Shown here in pieces: positions 8,070-17,079 of a stretch of DNA of 32,219 nucleotides. The position numbers were made by a program, and so were the translations under genes. The DNA is from an uncultured Pseudomonadota bacterium. GTDB taxonomy: Bacteria; UBA10199; JACPAL01; GCA-016699445. The notes beneath the pieces are model-generated. The model worked only from the letters and a program-made list of their open reading frames with translations, searched no databases and had not been told where the DNA came from. The DNA lies in assembly GCA_964637745.1 (NCBI GenBank), contig CAZWYB010000004.1:1-32219 (forward strand), read 5' to 3'. The stretch's first letter is position 1, and the number at the start of each line of letters is the position of its first letter.

Positions 8070-9224
8070 ATGGGAGTCAAGGTGAACCTAAAGGGGGCCC
8101 AACGTATTAAGGCCGGTCACCCCTGGATCTTTCGTTCGGATATCACCGGTACCGGTGACGTCCTGGCAGGCGAGATTGTCCCCGTCTTGTCTCCCAAGGA
8201 TCAATTTCTAGGTCAGGCCTTCTACAGCCCTCGCTCCCAAATCACCCTCCGCCTGATCACAAGATCGCGCGAGACCATCGACCGGTCCTTCTGGCGTAAA
8301 CGCATCGAAGAATCGGTCCGGCGGCGGGAACCTTTTAGAAAAAACCGCGAAGCCTTACGCCTCGTTTACGGAGAATCCGATCTCATCCCCTCCCTGATCG
8401 TCGATCTGTACGGAAAAACGGCGGTGTTCCAGACGCTCTCGGCTGGCGCCGACCGCTGTAAAGAGGACTTTCTCATTCTTTTGGAAGAACTACTGGAACC
8501 GGAGGCGATCATTGAAAGGAACGACCCTCAGGTCCGTGAACTGGAGGGTCTCGTCCGGCAAAAAGGGGTTGTCCGAGGGGGCTATGATGAACTCTCGGTC
8601 GGCCTGGGGCCGCACCGGTTTCTCGTCGACCCTCTCGAGGGCCAGAAAACGGGGCTCTTCTTGGATCAGATCGAAAACCACGAGCGCTCGGCCGCCTATG
8701 CCCGCGGACGGGTGTTGGATCTCTTTACTTATCAGGGGGGCTTTTCCATTTTTGCCGCCCCGAACAGCGAAGAGGTGATCGCCGTCGACAGCTCGGCCCC
8801 CGCTTTGGAGGTCCTCGGACGGAACGCCGATAGGAATCAGATCGGCAATATTCACCGCGTCGAACGGAACGGTTTTGATTTTCTTCGGGAGGCCGAAAGC
8901 GCGGGCGAGCGTTTCGACGTCGTCATCTTGGATCCGCCTCCCTTCGCAAGGGACCGCAAAAACATGGGCGGGGCGACACGGGGTAATAAAGAGCTCAACT
9001 TAAGGGCGATGAAGATCCTGCAAAAGGACGGCATCCTCATCACCTGTTCCTGCTCGCAGAACTTCACGCCGGCGCTCTTCGAAGATATGCTGAAGGAGGC
9101 GGCGCGCGACACGCATCGCGAGATCCAAGTCTTGGAGAAGCGAGGAGCGGCCGCGGACCACCCGGTCTTGCTGACGTTTCCGGAGTCGAGTTATTTGCAG
9201 TGTTGGATATTAAGAGTGCTATGA
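8070..9224 (+). CDS. rlmI: Class I SAM-dependent rRNA (cytosine-C5) methyltransferase, RlmI-like (PUA + MTase)
   Basis: N-terminal PUA-like region (KGAQRIKAGHPWIFRSDI), SAM-binding VLDLFTYQGGFS and motif IV VVILDPPPFAR, at about 384 aa. Confidence 0.8.
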   Translation: MGVKVNLKGAQRIKAGHPWIFRSDITGTGDVLAGEIVPVLSPKDQFLGQAFYSPRSQITLRLITRSRETIDRSFWRKRIEESVRRREPFRKNREALRLVYGESDLIPSLIVDLYGKTAVFQTLSAGADRCKEDFLILLEELLEPEAIIERNDPQVRELEGLVRQKGVVRGGYDELSVGLGPHRFLVDPLEGQKTGLFLDQIENHERSAAYARGRVLDLFTYQGGFSIFAAPNSEEVIAVDSSAPALEVLGRNADRNQIGNIHRVERNGFDFLREAESAGERFDVVILDPPPFARDRKNMGGATRGNKELNLRAMKILQKDGILITCSCSQNFTPALFEDMLKEAARDTHREIQVLEKRGAAADHPVLLTFPESSYLQCWILRVL

Positions 9225-10111
9225 AACGGGGATTGGTTATTGAAGGCGGAGGGATGCGGGGCGCCCACAGCTGCGGCGCCCTCATGGCCCTGGTGCACAG
9301 CGGACTGACTCACTTCGACGTCGTCACGGCCGCCTCCGCGGGCGCCTGTACGGCGGCTTATTTGGTGAGCGGCCAATTCCATCTCTTTCCCGTCATCTGG
9401 ACCAAATACCTCCATGACGGGCGCTTCATCAATTTGAAGAAATTGGCCACCCGGCATTCGGTCATGGATCTGGATTACCTGATCCACACCGTCTTTCGCG
9501 AGCAACAACCCTTGGACGTCGAGGCCATCCGTAAAAGCCGGACGCGCTTTTTTATCGTGGCGACGGATTGCGAGACGGGCCTTCCCAAATATTTCGATAG
9601 CCGTCGGGACCCGATTTGGACCGCCCTCAAGGCCTCGGCGGCCCTGCCCATCGCCTACCGCCACCCCGTGGTCATCGACCGGAAGACCTACATCGACGGA
9701 GGCGTCAGCGATCCCGTTCCCTTGCAAAAGGCGATCGACGAAGGCTGTGACGAAATCTACCTGATCCTCACCCGCCCCGAGGGGTATCGAAAAAAGCCGC
9801 CGTTTTTTCATATCCTGCCGCGCCTCTATCAGAAGAAATACCCGAAGCTCGCTGAACTCTTTCAGACACGCTACCGGGACTACAACCAACTCATGGAGCG
9901 GATCGAAAATTGGGGCGTGGCCCCCCGTTCAGCGGAACGCCACATCCGGCTGACGGTGATTCGCCCCCAAGGCAAGCTTCCTCTCAACCGGCTCACCACA
10001 AATCGGATGAAGATTCTGGGAGCCGTGGAGCAAGGTTTTCGTGAAGCCATCTCGATCCTCACTCCGAACAAAAGTGGGAGCACGATTGACTTCAAGGCGA
10101 TGCTACCGTAA
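9221..10111 (+). CDS. Patatin-like phospholipase family protein
   Basis: GGGMRGAHSCGAL oxyanion motif, a TAASAGA nucleophile elbow variant and catalytic DGGVSDPVP. ATG9221 overlaps the rlmI stop as ATGA, suggesting translational coupling. Confidence 0.85.
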   Translation: MKRGLVIEGGGMRGAHSCGALMALVHSGLTHFDVVTAASAGACTAAYLVSGQFHLFPVIWTKYLHDGRFINLKKLATRHSVMDLDYLIHTVFREQQPLDVEAIRKSRTRFFIVATDCETGLPKYFDSRRDPIWTALKASAALPIAYRHPVVIDRKTYIDGGVSDPVPLQKAIDEGCDEIYLILTRPEGYRKKPPFFHILPRLYQKKYPKLAELFQTRYRDYNQLMERIENWGVAPRSAERHIRLTVIRPQGKLPLNRLTTNRMKILGAVEQGFREAISILTPNKSGSTIDFKAMLP

Positions 10112-10150
10112 AATGACAATAAATATCGCGGAGTTACTAAACAGCCCCCT

Positions 10151-11158
10151 ATGGAAGAGATTCTCAGCGACGAAGAAATTGCCCATCCCCTGAACGAGAA
10201 ACTCTTGGGGGAGGCGGAACAGATCAAGTTGGAACGGCGGACGCTGAAGGAACGCCTGGCCAAACTGGATGAGACCAAAGATTCGGTGAGCGTTTCGGTC
10301 TATCAAAAGGTCCGGAATGATTATGCCTCCAAACTCGACAAGACGACGAACCGTTTGATCGCCCTTAAAAGGGACCTGGAGGCCGAAGAGAGGGTTCTTC
10401 TCGAAAAGAAGATGGGGGTCGAGGCCAACATCGGATCCCATCGGGAGAAGATGGAAGAGTCCTCTTTACGGCACACCTTAGGCGAATACACGTCGACCCA
10501 GCATCAGGAAATCACGGCGCGTGAAAAGCAGGAAATCGAACGCCTCGACTCGGCCCTCAAAACCCTGAACGAAGGCCTCCAACGTCATCGAGAGATTTTT
10601 CAGGGAGAGGATTTGCCGGAAGCGGTCAAAGAGCCGTCTTTCCGGCCGGCCGAACCACGAGCAATGCCGGCTCCGTCCCCGGCAAAGCCGATGCCTGAAC
10701 CAACGCCTCCACCCACTTCGGCGCCTGCCCTACCGCCGCAATCCGCCGCCGCTCGCCGTCCCGAACCGCCGCCTCCTTCATCCATCGAAAGCACCGCAAA
10801 AATCCGCCTAGACACCGTCCGGCCCGAGGCCGAATCAACCGGCGCCACCGAGCGCTCCCAAGTGGCGCCGCGCCGGACTTCCGAACTGGTTGTCCTGGAG
10901 AATGGAAAAATCGTTCAGACGGTCCCCCTCGACCACACCGTCGTCATCGGCCGTTCGCCGGCGAGCGACATCGTCCTGAAGGAGCCCAAGGTCTCGCGCA
11001 AACACGCCGAGATCCAATTCGTCGGAGGGCGCTACGTCCTGCTCGATCTGGAATCCTCCAACGGAACCTTCATCGCCGGCAAGCGCGTCAGCGAACAGGT
11101 CCTTCAGCCGAACGACGAGATCACGATCGGCAATACCAAGATGATTTTTAAGGGATAA
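10151..11158 (+). CDS. FHA domain protein with N-terminal coiled coil and Pro-rich linker
   Basis: C-terminal VVIGRSPASDIVLKEPKVSRKHAEIQFVGGRYVLLDLESSNGTFIAGKRV is a textbook FHA core. The central PAPSPAKPMPEPTPPPTSAP stretch is low complexity. Confidence 0.85.
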   Translation: MEEILSDEEIAHPLNEKLLGEAEQIKLERRTLKERLAKLDETKDSVSVSVYQKVRNDYASKLDKTTNRLIALKRDLEAEERVLLEKKMGVEANIGSHREKMEESSLRHTLGEYTSTQHQEITAREKQEIERLDSALKTLNEGLQRHREIFQGEDLPEAVKEPSFRPAEPRAMPAPSPAKPMPEPTPPPTSAPALPPQSAAARRPEPPPPSSIESTAKIRLDTVRPEAESTGATERSQVAPRRTSELVVLENGKIVQTVPLDHTVVIGRSPASDIVLKEPKVSRKHAEIQFVGGRYVLLDLESSNGTFIAGKRVSEQVLQPNDEITIGNTKMIFKG

Positions 11159-11159
11159 G

Positions 11160-12893
11160 TTAGACGGGACAACAGCCGGGTTCTTCTTTAATGCTCTTCA
11201 AAATCTCTCCCCTCACCGAATTGGGACGAAAGACCGTGCACCCCTTGAGCCCCATCTCATAGGCCATGTCGTAGACCCCGAGGAAGGAATCGAAGTCGTA
11301 GGATTCGGGGATATTGATGGTCTTGGAAATGGCGTTGTCGACGTACGGAGCCAGGGCGGCCTCCATCTCCAAATGCTCCTTGGGCGACAGCGCATGCGTC
11401 TCGATGAAACACGACGGCAGCGGATCGTCGGGACGATGGCTCTCCTTCCACAGCCTCCAGGCGTAATCCGAAAGATCATAACTTGCGAAATGGCCGTCTC
11501 TGTCCAGCAGCCGCCGCTCATGCCGAAAGGAAAACACGGGCTCGATGCCGCTGGAGACGTTGTCCGCGAGCAGGCTGATCGTCCCGGCCGGGGCGATCGC
11601 AATCAGATGACTGTTTCGGATGCCGTCCTTCTCGATCCCCCTGCGAATCTCTCCCGGAAGGGTCGAGATGAATTCCCCCTCGAGGTACCCCTCCGTTTCG
11701 AGAAAGGCGAACGGCCCTTTCTCTCGAGCGAGCTCGATGGAGGTCCGATAGGCGGCATGTGAGATCGTCTTCAAGATCGCAGCCGCCAATTCGCGTGACT
11801 CCTTGCTCCCGTAGGTGAGTCCCATCATGAGAAAGAGATCGGCCAGGCCCGTGATCCCGAGTCCGATCCTCCTCGTCCTTTGAGCGACGATCTTCTGAGC
11901 CGAAAGAGGGAAGCGGGAGAGCTCGATGACGTCATCCAACATCCGGACGGCGATTTCGGCCAAGCGGCCGATTCCCTCCAAATCGACCGCCGCCTTTTCG
12001 GTGAATGGGTTTTGCACGAATCGCGTCAGGTTGATGGAGCCCAAGTCGCAAGCCCCGTACGGAGGAAGCGGGATTTCGCCGCAGGGGTTCGTGGCGCAGA
12101 TCTCTTCGCAGTACCACAGGTTGTTCATCTTGTTAATGCGGTCGATGAAGAGAACCCCCGGTTCGGCGCTCTCGTACGCCGACCGAAGAATCTTCCCCCA
12201 AAGATCGCGGGCTCGAACCCGGCGGAGAATAGGCCCGGGGGGGAACGTCAGAGGCCATTCGGCGTCTGTCTTCACGGCCTCAAAAAATTTGTCCGTGACG
12301 AGCACCGAAACATTGAAGTGTCTCAGCTCGTCGCGCTCCCTCTTCGCGGCGATGAAGTCTTCGATGTCGGGGTGGTCGCAGCGGAGTGTGGCCATCATCG
12401 CCCCGCGTCGCACGCCGGTGGAAAGGAGCGTCGCGCACATGGCGTCCCACACCTTCATGAATGAGACCGGACCGGAGGCGACGGTTCCGGCGCCCTTGGC
12501 CTCAACGCCTCGAGGACGCAGGGTCGAAAAATCGTAGCCGACCCCTCCTCCCTGCTGCATCGTCAGCGCGCCTTCCTTCAGGCCCTCGAAGATGCCGGTC
12601 ATCGAATCTTCGATGCGGCCCATCACGAAGCAATTGAGGAGCGTCACGCGCCGGTCCGTTCCGGCGCCTGCTAAAATGCGCCCGCCCGGGAGAAATTTGA
12701 AGCCCTCCATCGCGTCATAAAACGCCTTCTCCCAGACGATCTGGTCCCGCGGCTCCACGCTCGCAAGGGCCTTGGCAACCCGACGCCAGGTGTCCTCGAT
12801 CGTGCGGTCGATCACGCGATCGCCTTCGACGTAGCGGTATTTCAGATCCCAGATGTGATGCGAGATGTCCGTCTGAAAATACGAGTTCGCCAT
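11160..12893 (-). CDS. nrdJ: Adenosylcobalamin-dependent (class II) ribonucleotide reductase
   Basis: MANSYFQTDISHHIWDLKYRY..., NCFV, the catalytic ATNPCGEIPLP region and a C-terminal Cys pair (PGCCPV). I prefer ATG12893 over the track start 12995, which adds 34 non-conserved residues. Confidence 0.85.
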   Translation of the reverse strand: MANSYFQTDISHHIWDLKYRYVEGDRVIDRTIEDTWRRVAKALASVEPRDQIVWEKAFYDAMEGFKFLPGGRILAGAGTDRRVTLLNCFVMGRIEDSMTGIFEGLKEGALTMQQGGGVGYDFSTLRPRGVEAKGAGTVASGPVSFMKVWDAMCATLLSTGVRRGAMMATLRCDHPDIEDFIAAKRERDELRHFNVSVLVTDKFFEAVKTDAEWPLTFPPGPILRRVRARDLWGKILRSAYESAEPGVLFIDRINKMNNLWYCEEICATNPCGEIPLPPYGACDLGSINLTRFVQNPFTEKAAVDLEGIGRLAEIAVRMLDDVIELSRFPLSAQKIVAQRTRRIGLGITGLADLFLMMGLTYGSKESRELAAAILKTISHAAYRTSIELAREKGPFAFLETEGYLEGEFISTLPGEIRRGIEKDGIRNSHLIAIAPAGTISLLADNVSSGIEPVFSFRHERRLLDRDGHFASYDLSDYAWRLWKESHRPDDPLPSCFIETHALSPKEHLEMEAALAPYVDNAISKTINIPESYDFDSFLGVYDMAYEMGLKGCTVFRPNSVRGEILKSIKEEPGCCPV

Positions 12894-12976
12894 GAAGGAG
12901 GATTCTACACGAAGTGGTGTCAATGCTCTAGTCCCGCTTCCCGCGGGACAGCACTCGCTACGGCTCGTAATGGAAG

Positions 12977-15772
12977 CTAGTGCGCTTCTCCCCAATTGGC
13001 GCCGACGCCCACGTCGACCTTGAGGGGCACTTTCAAGTCCGCGACCCCTTCCATCTCGCTCCGGACCACTTGGGTGAAGGCATCGACGTCGTCATCCGAT
13101 ACATCGAACACGAGCTCGTCATGCACCTGGATCAACATCTTGGCCGTTGGGAATTCCTTTTCGATCCGACGCTGAATCGCAATCATCGCCTTTTTAATCA
13201 GGTCCGCCGCCGTCCCTTGAAAGAGGGTGTTGAAGGCCGTGCGCTCCGTCATGGCGCGGATATTGCCGTTCGGACTTTCGATCTCGGGAAAGCGTCGGAG
13301 CCGCCCGAACAAGGTCCGGACGATCTTTTCCTTTCGCGCCTCCGCCAAAACCTTCTCCTTGTATTGCGCCACGTCCGAAAACCTTTCAAAATAGTTCCGG
13401 ATGTAGTTTTCCGCCTCCGAGACGTCTATATCCAACTGTTGTGCCAACCCGTAGGCGCCCTGACCGTACAAGACGGCGAAGTTGACCGTCTTTCCGACGG
13501 ACCGCTGTTTCGGCGTGACGTGTTTTTCCGTCACCCCAAAAATACCGGCGGCGGTCGCCGTGTGGACGTCGTGATCGTGCCGGAAGGCCTCGACCAATTT
13601 CTTATCCCCCGACATATGCGCCAAAATTCGCAGCTCGATCTGCGAGTAATCCGCCGAAAGAAGCCGGCACCCCTCCGACGGAATGAAGGCCGCCCGGATC
13701 TTTTTGCCCTCGTCCGTGCGGATAGGAATGTTTTGAAGGTTCGGATCCGAGGACGACAATCGTCCGGTCGCCGCGATCGTCTGATTGAACGACGTATGGA
13801 TCCGTCCCGTCTCCGGATTCACAAGCTTGGGCAAGGCGTCCAGATAAGTGGACTTGAGTTTCGAGAGGCTGCGGTATTCCAAGAGCAGTCGCGGGACGTC
13901 GTAGGTTTTGGCGAGCTCTGTCAAAACCTCTACGTCGGTCGAGTAACCGGTCTTCGTCTTCCGCATCGCCGGCAACTTCATCTTTTCAAAGAGCACTTCC
14001 GCCAACTGCTTGGGGGAATTGAGGTTGAAGGCCCCTCCCGCGTGGCGGTGCACCTCCGACTCGATCTCTTTCAATTGATACTCGTACTCCTTCGACACCT
14101 TATGAAGCAGGGCCTCGTCGATCCGCACCCCGCTCCTTTCCATCACGGCCAGAACCGTCACGAGGGGCATCTCGATTTCATTAAAAACAGAATCGACCTT
14201 CTCCTCCTTCAATTTCGGGAGAAGGATGGGGATCAGGCGGTACGTGACGTCGGCATCCTCGCAGGAATAATCGCGTGCCGCTTCAACCTCCACGTCGCTG
14301 AAACTCTTTTCGTTTTTTCCCGTCCCCACCACTTCCTTATAAGTCGTCGTCTTGTGTCCGAGATGCTCCTGGGCCAAGTGGTCGAGGCTGTGCGTCCCGT
14401 CGGGATTCAGAAGATAGGAGGCGATGAGCGTATCGGCCTTGAGTCCGCGGACGGTCATTCCGTGTCGCAAGAGAACTTCGTAATCGTACTTCGCGTTCTG
14501 CGCATACTTGGGCAAGGCCTCATCCTCGAAAACGGGCTTCAGCGCCGTCCGGACCTCTTCCCACGGAAGCTGCTCGGGCACCCCTAAGTAGGAATGGCCG
14601 ATAGGGATATAGAACGCCTCGCCGGAGGTGTAAGAGAGAGAGACGCCCACGAGCTTCGCGCGCATCGTGTCCAGAGAGGTCGTCTCCGTATCGAAAGAAA
14701 ATCCTTTCGAGGACTTAAGACCTTGAACGAGCTCCTTTAATTCCTGACGGCTCAAAACGAGCCGGTATTGTTTGGTCGAGAGGGTCTTTTGAGGGGCGAG
14801 CTCGCCTAAAAATCGCCGGAATTCGAGCTCCTCGAACAACTCCCTCAAGGCATCGCGGTCCGGTTCGGTCATCTTGAAATCTTTGAGGTCGTATTCCAGC
14901 GGAGCGTCCGTCACGATCGTCGCCAGCTCTTTGCAGAGACGCGCCTGATCCTCAAATTGCTGCAACTTCTCCCCCATCTTTCCTTTGATCTGGGAAGCGT
15001 TTTTGAGGACGTTTTCGAGGCTGCCGAATTCTTGAATGAGTTTCGTCGCCGTCTTGTCGCCGACTCCGGGCACACCGGGGATATTGTCGGACGAGTCGCC
15101 CGCCAAGGCCAGGATATCGACGACCTGTTTCGGACCGACGCCGAATTTCTCGACGACCTCCGGCTCGCGGATCCATTTGTCCTTCATGCTGTCGTAGATC
15201 ATCACCTTGTCGTCGACCAACTGCATGATGTCCTTGTCGCCGGTGACGATGACCGTCTCCCAGGCTTCTTCAGCGGGGGGCGATACCGCTCTCCCCCCGA
15301 GCCCCTCATCTGTTACGGCGCGGCTGAATCGTTCGCTCCATTTGGCCGGCCGGAGTGAATCCGTTCCGGCCAAGCCTCGCTCACTGTACTTTTTCTCAAA
15401 CTGCCTTGCGATCGTACCAATCACATCATCCGCTTCGTAGTTCGGGAGTTCCAAGACTGCGAGGCCGAGGGCTTTGGCGATCTTTCTAAAATAAGGAAAC
15501 TGGGGAATGAGATCGGGAGGAGGCTCGTCGCGGTTGGCTTTATATTCGGGATATTTCTCATTACGGAACGTCTTGCGTGCGACGTCGAAGACGATACCGA
15601 TCATTTCGGGCTTTTCATCCTTGAGGAGTTTGAGGAGCATCGAGGTGAATCCGAAAAGTGCGTTGGTCGGGAGCCCCTTCGAATTCGAGAGCGGCCGGAT
15701 GGCGTAATAAGCCCTGAAGATGTAACCCGAGGCGTCGACCAGGAAGAGTCTTTTGGGACCGGCCATCGTCAT
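12977..15772 (-). CDS. polA: DNA polymerase I (5'-nuclease, 3'-5' exo and polymerase domains) carrying a 42-aa insertion
   Basis: LVDASGYIFRAYYA, TGDKD, GDSSDNIPGVPGVGDKTA, ExoI FSFDTETTSLD, motif A ADYSQIELRILAH, motif B KTVNFAVLYG and motif C QVHDELVF. The track start at 15781 is TTG. ATG15772 (MTMAGPKRLF) is equally plausible. Confidence 0.95.
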   Translation of the reverse strand: MTMAGPKRLFLVDASGYIFRAYYAIRPLSNSKGLPTNALFGFTSMLLKLLKDEKPEMIGIVFDVARKTFRNEKYPEYKANRDEPPPDLIPQFPYFRKIAKALGLAVLELPNYEADDVIGTIARQFEKKYSERGLAGTDSLRPAKWSERFSRAVTDEGLGGRAVSPPAEEAWETVIVTGDKDIMQLVDDKVMIYDSMKDKWIREPEVVEKFGVGPKQVVDILALAGDSSDNIPGVPGVGDKTATKLIQEFGSLENVLKNASQIKGKMGEKLQQFEDQARLCKELATIVTDAPLEYDLKDFKMTEPDRDALRELFEELEFRRFLGELAPQKTLSTKQYRLVLSRQELKELVQGLKSSKGFSFDTETTSLDTMRAKLVGVSLSYTSGEAFYIPIGHSYLGVPEQLPWEEVRTALKPVFEDEALPKYAQNAKYDYEVLLRHGMTVRGLKADTLIASYLLNPDGTHSLDHLAQEHLGHKTTTYKEVVGTGKNEKSFSDVEVEAARDYSCEDADVTYRLIPILLPKLKEEKVDSVFNEIEMPLVTVLAVMERSGVRIDEALLHKVSKEYEYQLKEIESEVHRHAGGAFNLNSPKQLAEVLFEKMKLPAMRKTKTGYSTDVEVLTELAKTYDVPRLLLEYRSLSKLKSTYLDALPKLVNPETGRIHTSFNQTIAATGRLSSSDPNLQNIPIRTDEGKKIRAAFIPSEGCRLLSADYSQIELRILAHMSGDKKLVEAFRHDHDVHTATAAGIFGVTEKHVTPKQRSVGKTVNFAVLYGQGAYGLAQQLDIDVSEAENYIRNYFERFSDVAQYKEKVLAEARKEKIVRTLFGRLRRFPEIESPNGNIRAMTERTAFNTLFQGTAADLIKKAMIAIQRRIEKEFPTAKMLIQVHDELVFDVSDDDVDAFTQVVRSEMEGVADLKVPLKVDVGVGANWGEAH
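15275..15312 (-). repeat. 38-nt GC-rich repeat element, copy B (in-frame inside polA insertion)
   Basis: The minus strand reads CAGATGAGGGGCTCGGGGGGAGAGCGGTATCGCCCCCC, 34/38 identical to 4423..4460. Both copies are translated in the same frame (DEGLGGRAVSPP vs DEGFGGRAVSSP). Confidence 0.85.
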
Positions 15773-15834
15773 CTTTTCCAATAGGACCGAAAAATTGTCA
15801 TGACATTTTTTCGAAACCGGGCCAGATTCGTCTG

Positions 15835-16440
15835 ATGAAAAAAATAACCCTCCTCATCGCATTGATTGCCGCAGGCGTTTCTTCAATGGCAAGAGCCGAA
15901 ACTCCGGCGGTTCAGCTTCCGTCCTTCAGCGCGGACGTTCAGATGATCAATAACGGTCAGGTCTTCGGCCAAGGAAAATTCTACATGAGCCCCGTCGGCG
16001 TCCGCATGGAGATGAACCACGGCGGAATGCCTATGACGGTCATCGACCGCCTGGACAAGGGCGTGATGTGGATGCTGATGGGCGCCCAAAAGACCTACAT
16101 GGAAGAGCCGCTGCCTTTTGATCCTTTGGTCCATCGGGACATCCCCCCGGGGTGGTCGCAGAACTGCAGCCCCGGTGAGGTCATCGACAATCACCCGACC
16201 GACAAATGCGTACTCACGGGAAAGGTGGGGGATCAGACCCTCACGACAACGATCTGGAAGGCCAAGGATTTAAACGGCGTGGTCATCCGCAACCTCGGAT
16301 CGCAGGGCGCCGGGATGGAGTTGAAGAACGTGGTCGCGGCCCCTCAGCCGAATTCCCTTTTCGAGCCGCCTTCGGATTTCAAGAAGATGAACGTTCCGGC
16401 CGCCGTGCAAAAGATGATGAAGCAGAAGGCGGGAAACTAG
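15835..16440 (+). CDS. Secreted hypothetical protein (LolA-like/DUF4412-like by eye)
   Basis: Signal peptide MKKITLLIALIAAGVSSMARA followed by a Met-rich beta-type sequence (FYMSPVGVRMEM..., VMWMLMGAQKTYMEEP). The family assignment is a guess. Confidence 0.7.
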   Translation: MKKITLLIALIAAGVSSMARAETPAVQLPSFSADVQMINNGQVFGQGKFYMSPVGVRMEMNHGGMPMTVIDRLDKGVMWMLMGAQKTYMEEPLPFDPLVHRDIPPGWSQNCSPGEVIDNHPTDKCVLTGKVGDQTLTTTIWKAKDLNGVVIRNLGSQGAGMELKNVVAAPQPNSLFEPPSDFKKMNVPAAVQKMMKQKAGN

Positions 16441-16441
16441 C

Positions 16442-16771
16442 TCAAAGCCCCAAAAGATTGCGCAGAACGGCCCTCACCTTCCTTCGTTCTGGAGAGCCCA
16501 GTCTTCCCATCCTTTTCAAGATCAATTCTTTACTCAGCGTCGCCATCTTTGAAATTCTGATGGTGGACGGCAGGAGCAATCCTGCGTCCCTCCAGCGCTC
16601 CAAAGAAACATCATAACCGTCCCGCGCTCCTTCACTGGTAATGCGGGCCACCAACACGTCCTCATCTCCAATATCCGCAATGACCAAGGCGGGACGTTTC
16701 TTCCGGCCCGAAAGATCTGAAAAAGGATAGGCATTGAGAAGCAGAATCTCCCCAAACTCAAAGCTTGTCAT
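16442..16771 (-). CDS. PemK/MazF-family type II toxin
   Basis: FGEILLLNAYPFSDLSGRKKRPALVIAD...LLPSTIRISKMATLSKELI matches the MazF/PemK fold pattern. ATG16771 overlaps the upstream antitoxin gene by 14 nt. Confidence 0.8.
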   Translation of the reverse strand: MTSFEFGEILLLNAYPFSDLSGRKKRPALVIADIGDEDVLVARITSEGARDGYDVSLERWRDAGLLLPSTIRISKMATLSKELILKRMGRLGSPERRKVRAVLRNLLGL

Positions 16772-16994
16772 ACACTCCGTCTTTCTCGGAATACCCTTCG
16801 AAGAACTCACGCGCCGCGAGACGGCTCCATCTCTCGTCTTCCGAAAGGCACTTTCCCTCCTCGAGAAGGTGCTCCCTTAAGACTTCTGCAACAGCCTGGG
16901 AGAAAGACCACTTGCGCGAGCGGGCAAGTTTCTCAAGCACCCTTTTCAGAGCGCTTTCATCTTCCTTGGAAATATATACGGACCAATAGGCCAT
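16758..16994 (-). CDS. Type II antitoxin (small, RHH/CopG-like guess) of the MazF-type toxin
   Basis: 78-aa ORF directly upstream of and overlapping the toxin gene, with an acidic C-terminus ending GVYDKL. Strong RBS AAAGGAGAAGTT precedes the ATG. Confidence 0.7.
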   Translation of the reverse strand: MAYWSVYISKEDESALKRVLEKLARSRKWSFSQAVAEVLREHLLEEGKCLSEDERWSRLAAREFFEGYSEKDGVYDKL

Positions 16995-17013
16995 AACTTC
17001 TCCTTTGAATTAG

Positions 17014-17055
17014 AATATATGAGATCCAGTGAGGAAGTCAAATATGGCAACTTCC
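17014..17055 (-). promoter_or_regulatory. Sigma-70-like promoter with overlapping inverted repeat (candidate operator) for the TA operon
   Basis: The minus strand has TTGACT (17041-17036), a 16-nt spacer and TATATT (17019-14). The inverted repeat GGAAGT (17033-38) / ACTTCC (17050-55) overlaps the -35. Confidence 0.5.
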
Positions 17056-17079
17056 TTCCTCATCCAACGATAAGACGTC

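Noticed and set aside
7970-8080. N-terminal extension of the hemC ORF to 8080, and likewise nrdJ to 12995 and the FGE gene to 21093
   Set aside because: The extensions lack homology and an RBS, and the hemC extension overlaps the rlmI start. Internal ATGs coincide with canonical family N-termini (hemC, nrdJ), and the hemC and FGE starts have good Shine-Dalgarno sequences.
12894-12976. Cobalamin riboswitch or canonical promoter upstream of nrdJ
   Set aside because: The gap is only 83 nt, too short for a B12 riboswitch. TTGACA and TAGAAT are present but only 10 nt apart, and no SD precedes the ATG. The GTCCCGC-ttccc-GCGGGAC hairpin (12931-12949) has no U-tract. A leaderless or internally promoted nrdJ is possible, but I cannot support it.
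12980-14587. 535-aa ORF on the plus strand
   Set aside because: It is entirely antisense to polA, whose motifs are unambiguous. The Arg/Leu/Pro-rich composition is typical of spurious antisense ORFs in GC-rich DNA. The same reasoning applies to 3498..4253(-), 5911..6819(+), 1107..1724(-), 9191..9889(-), 20163..20849(+), 25760..26263(-), 28853..29575(+) and 29618..30196(+).
11160-15781. Inteins in nrdJ or polA
   Set aside because: nrdJ has normal length for a monomeric class II RNR. The polA insertion is only 42 aa with no intein splicing motifs.
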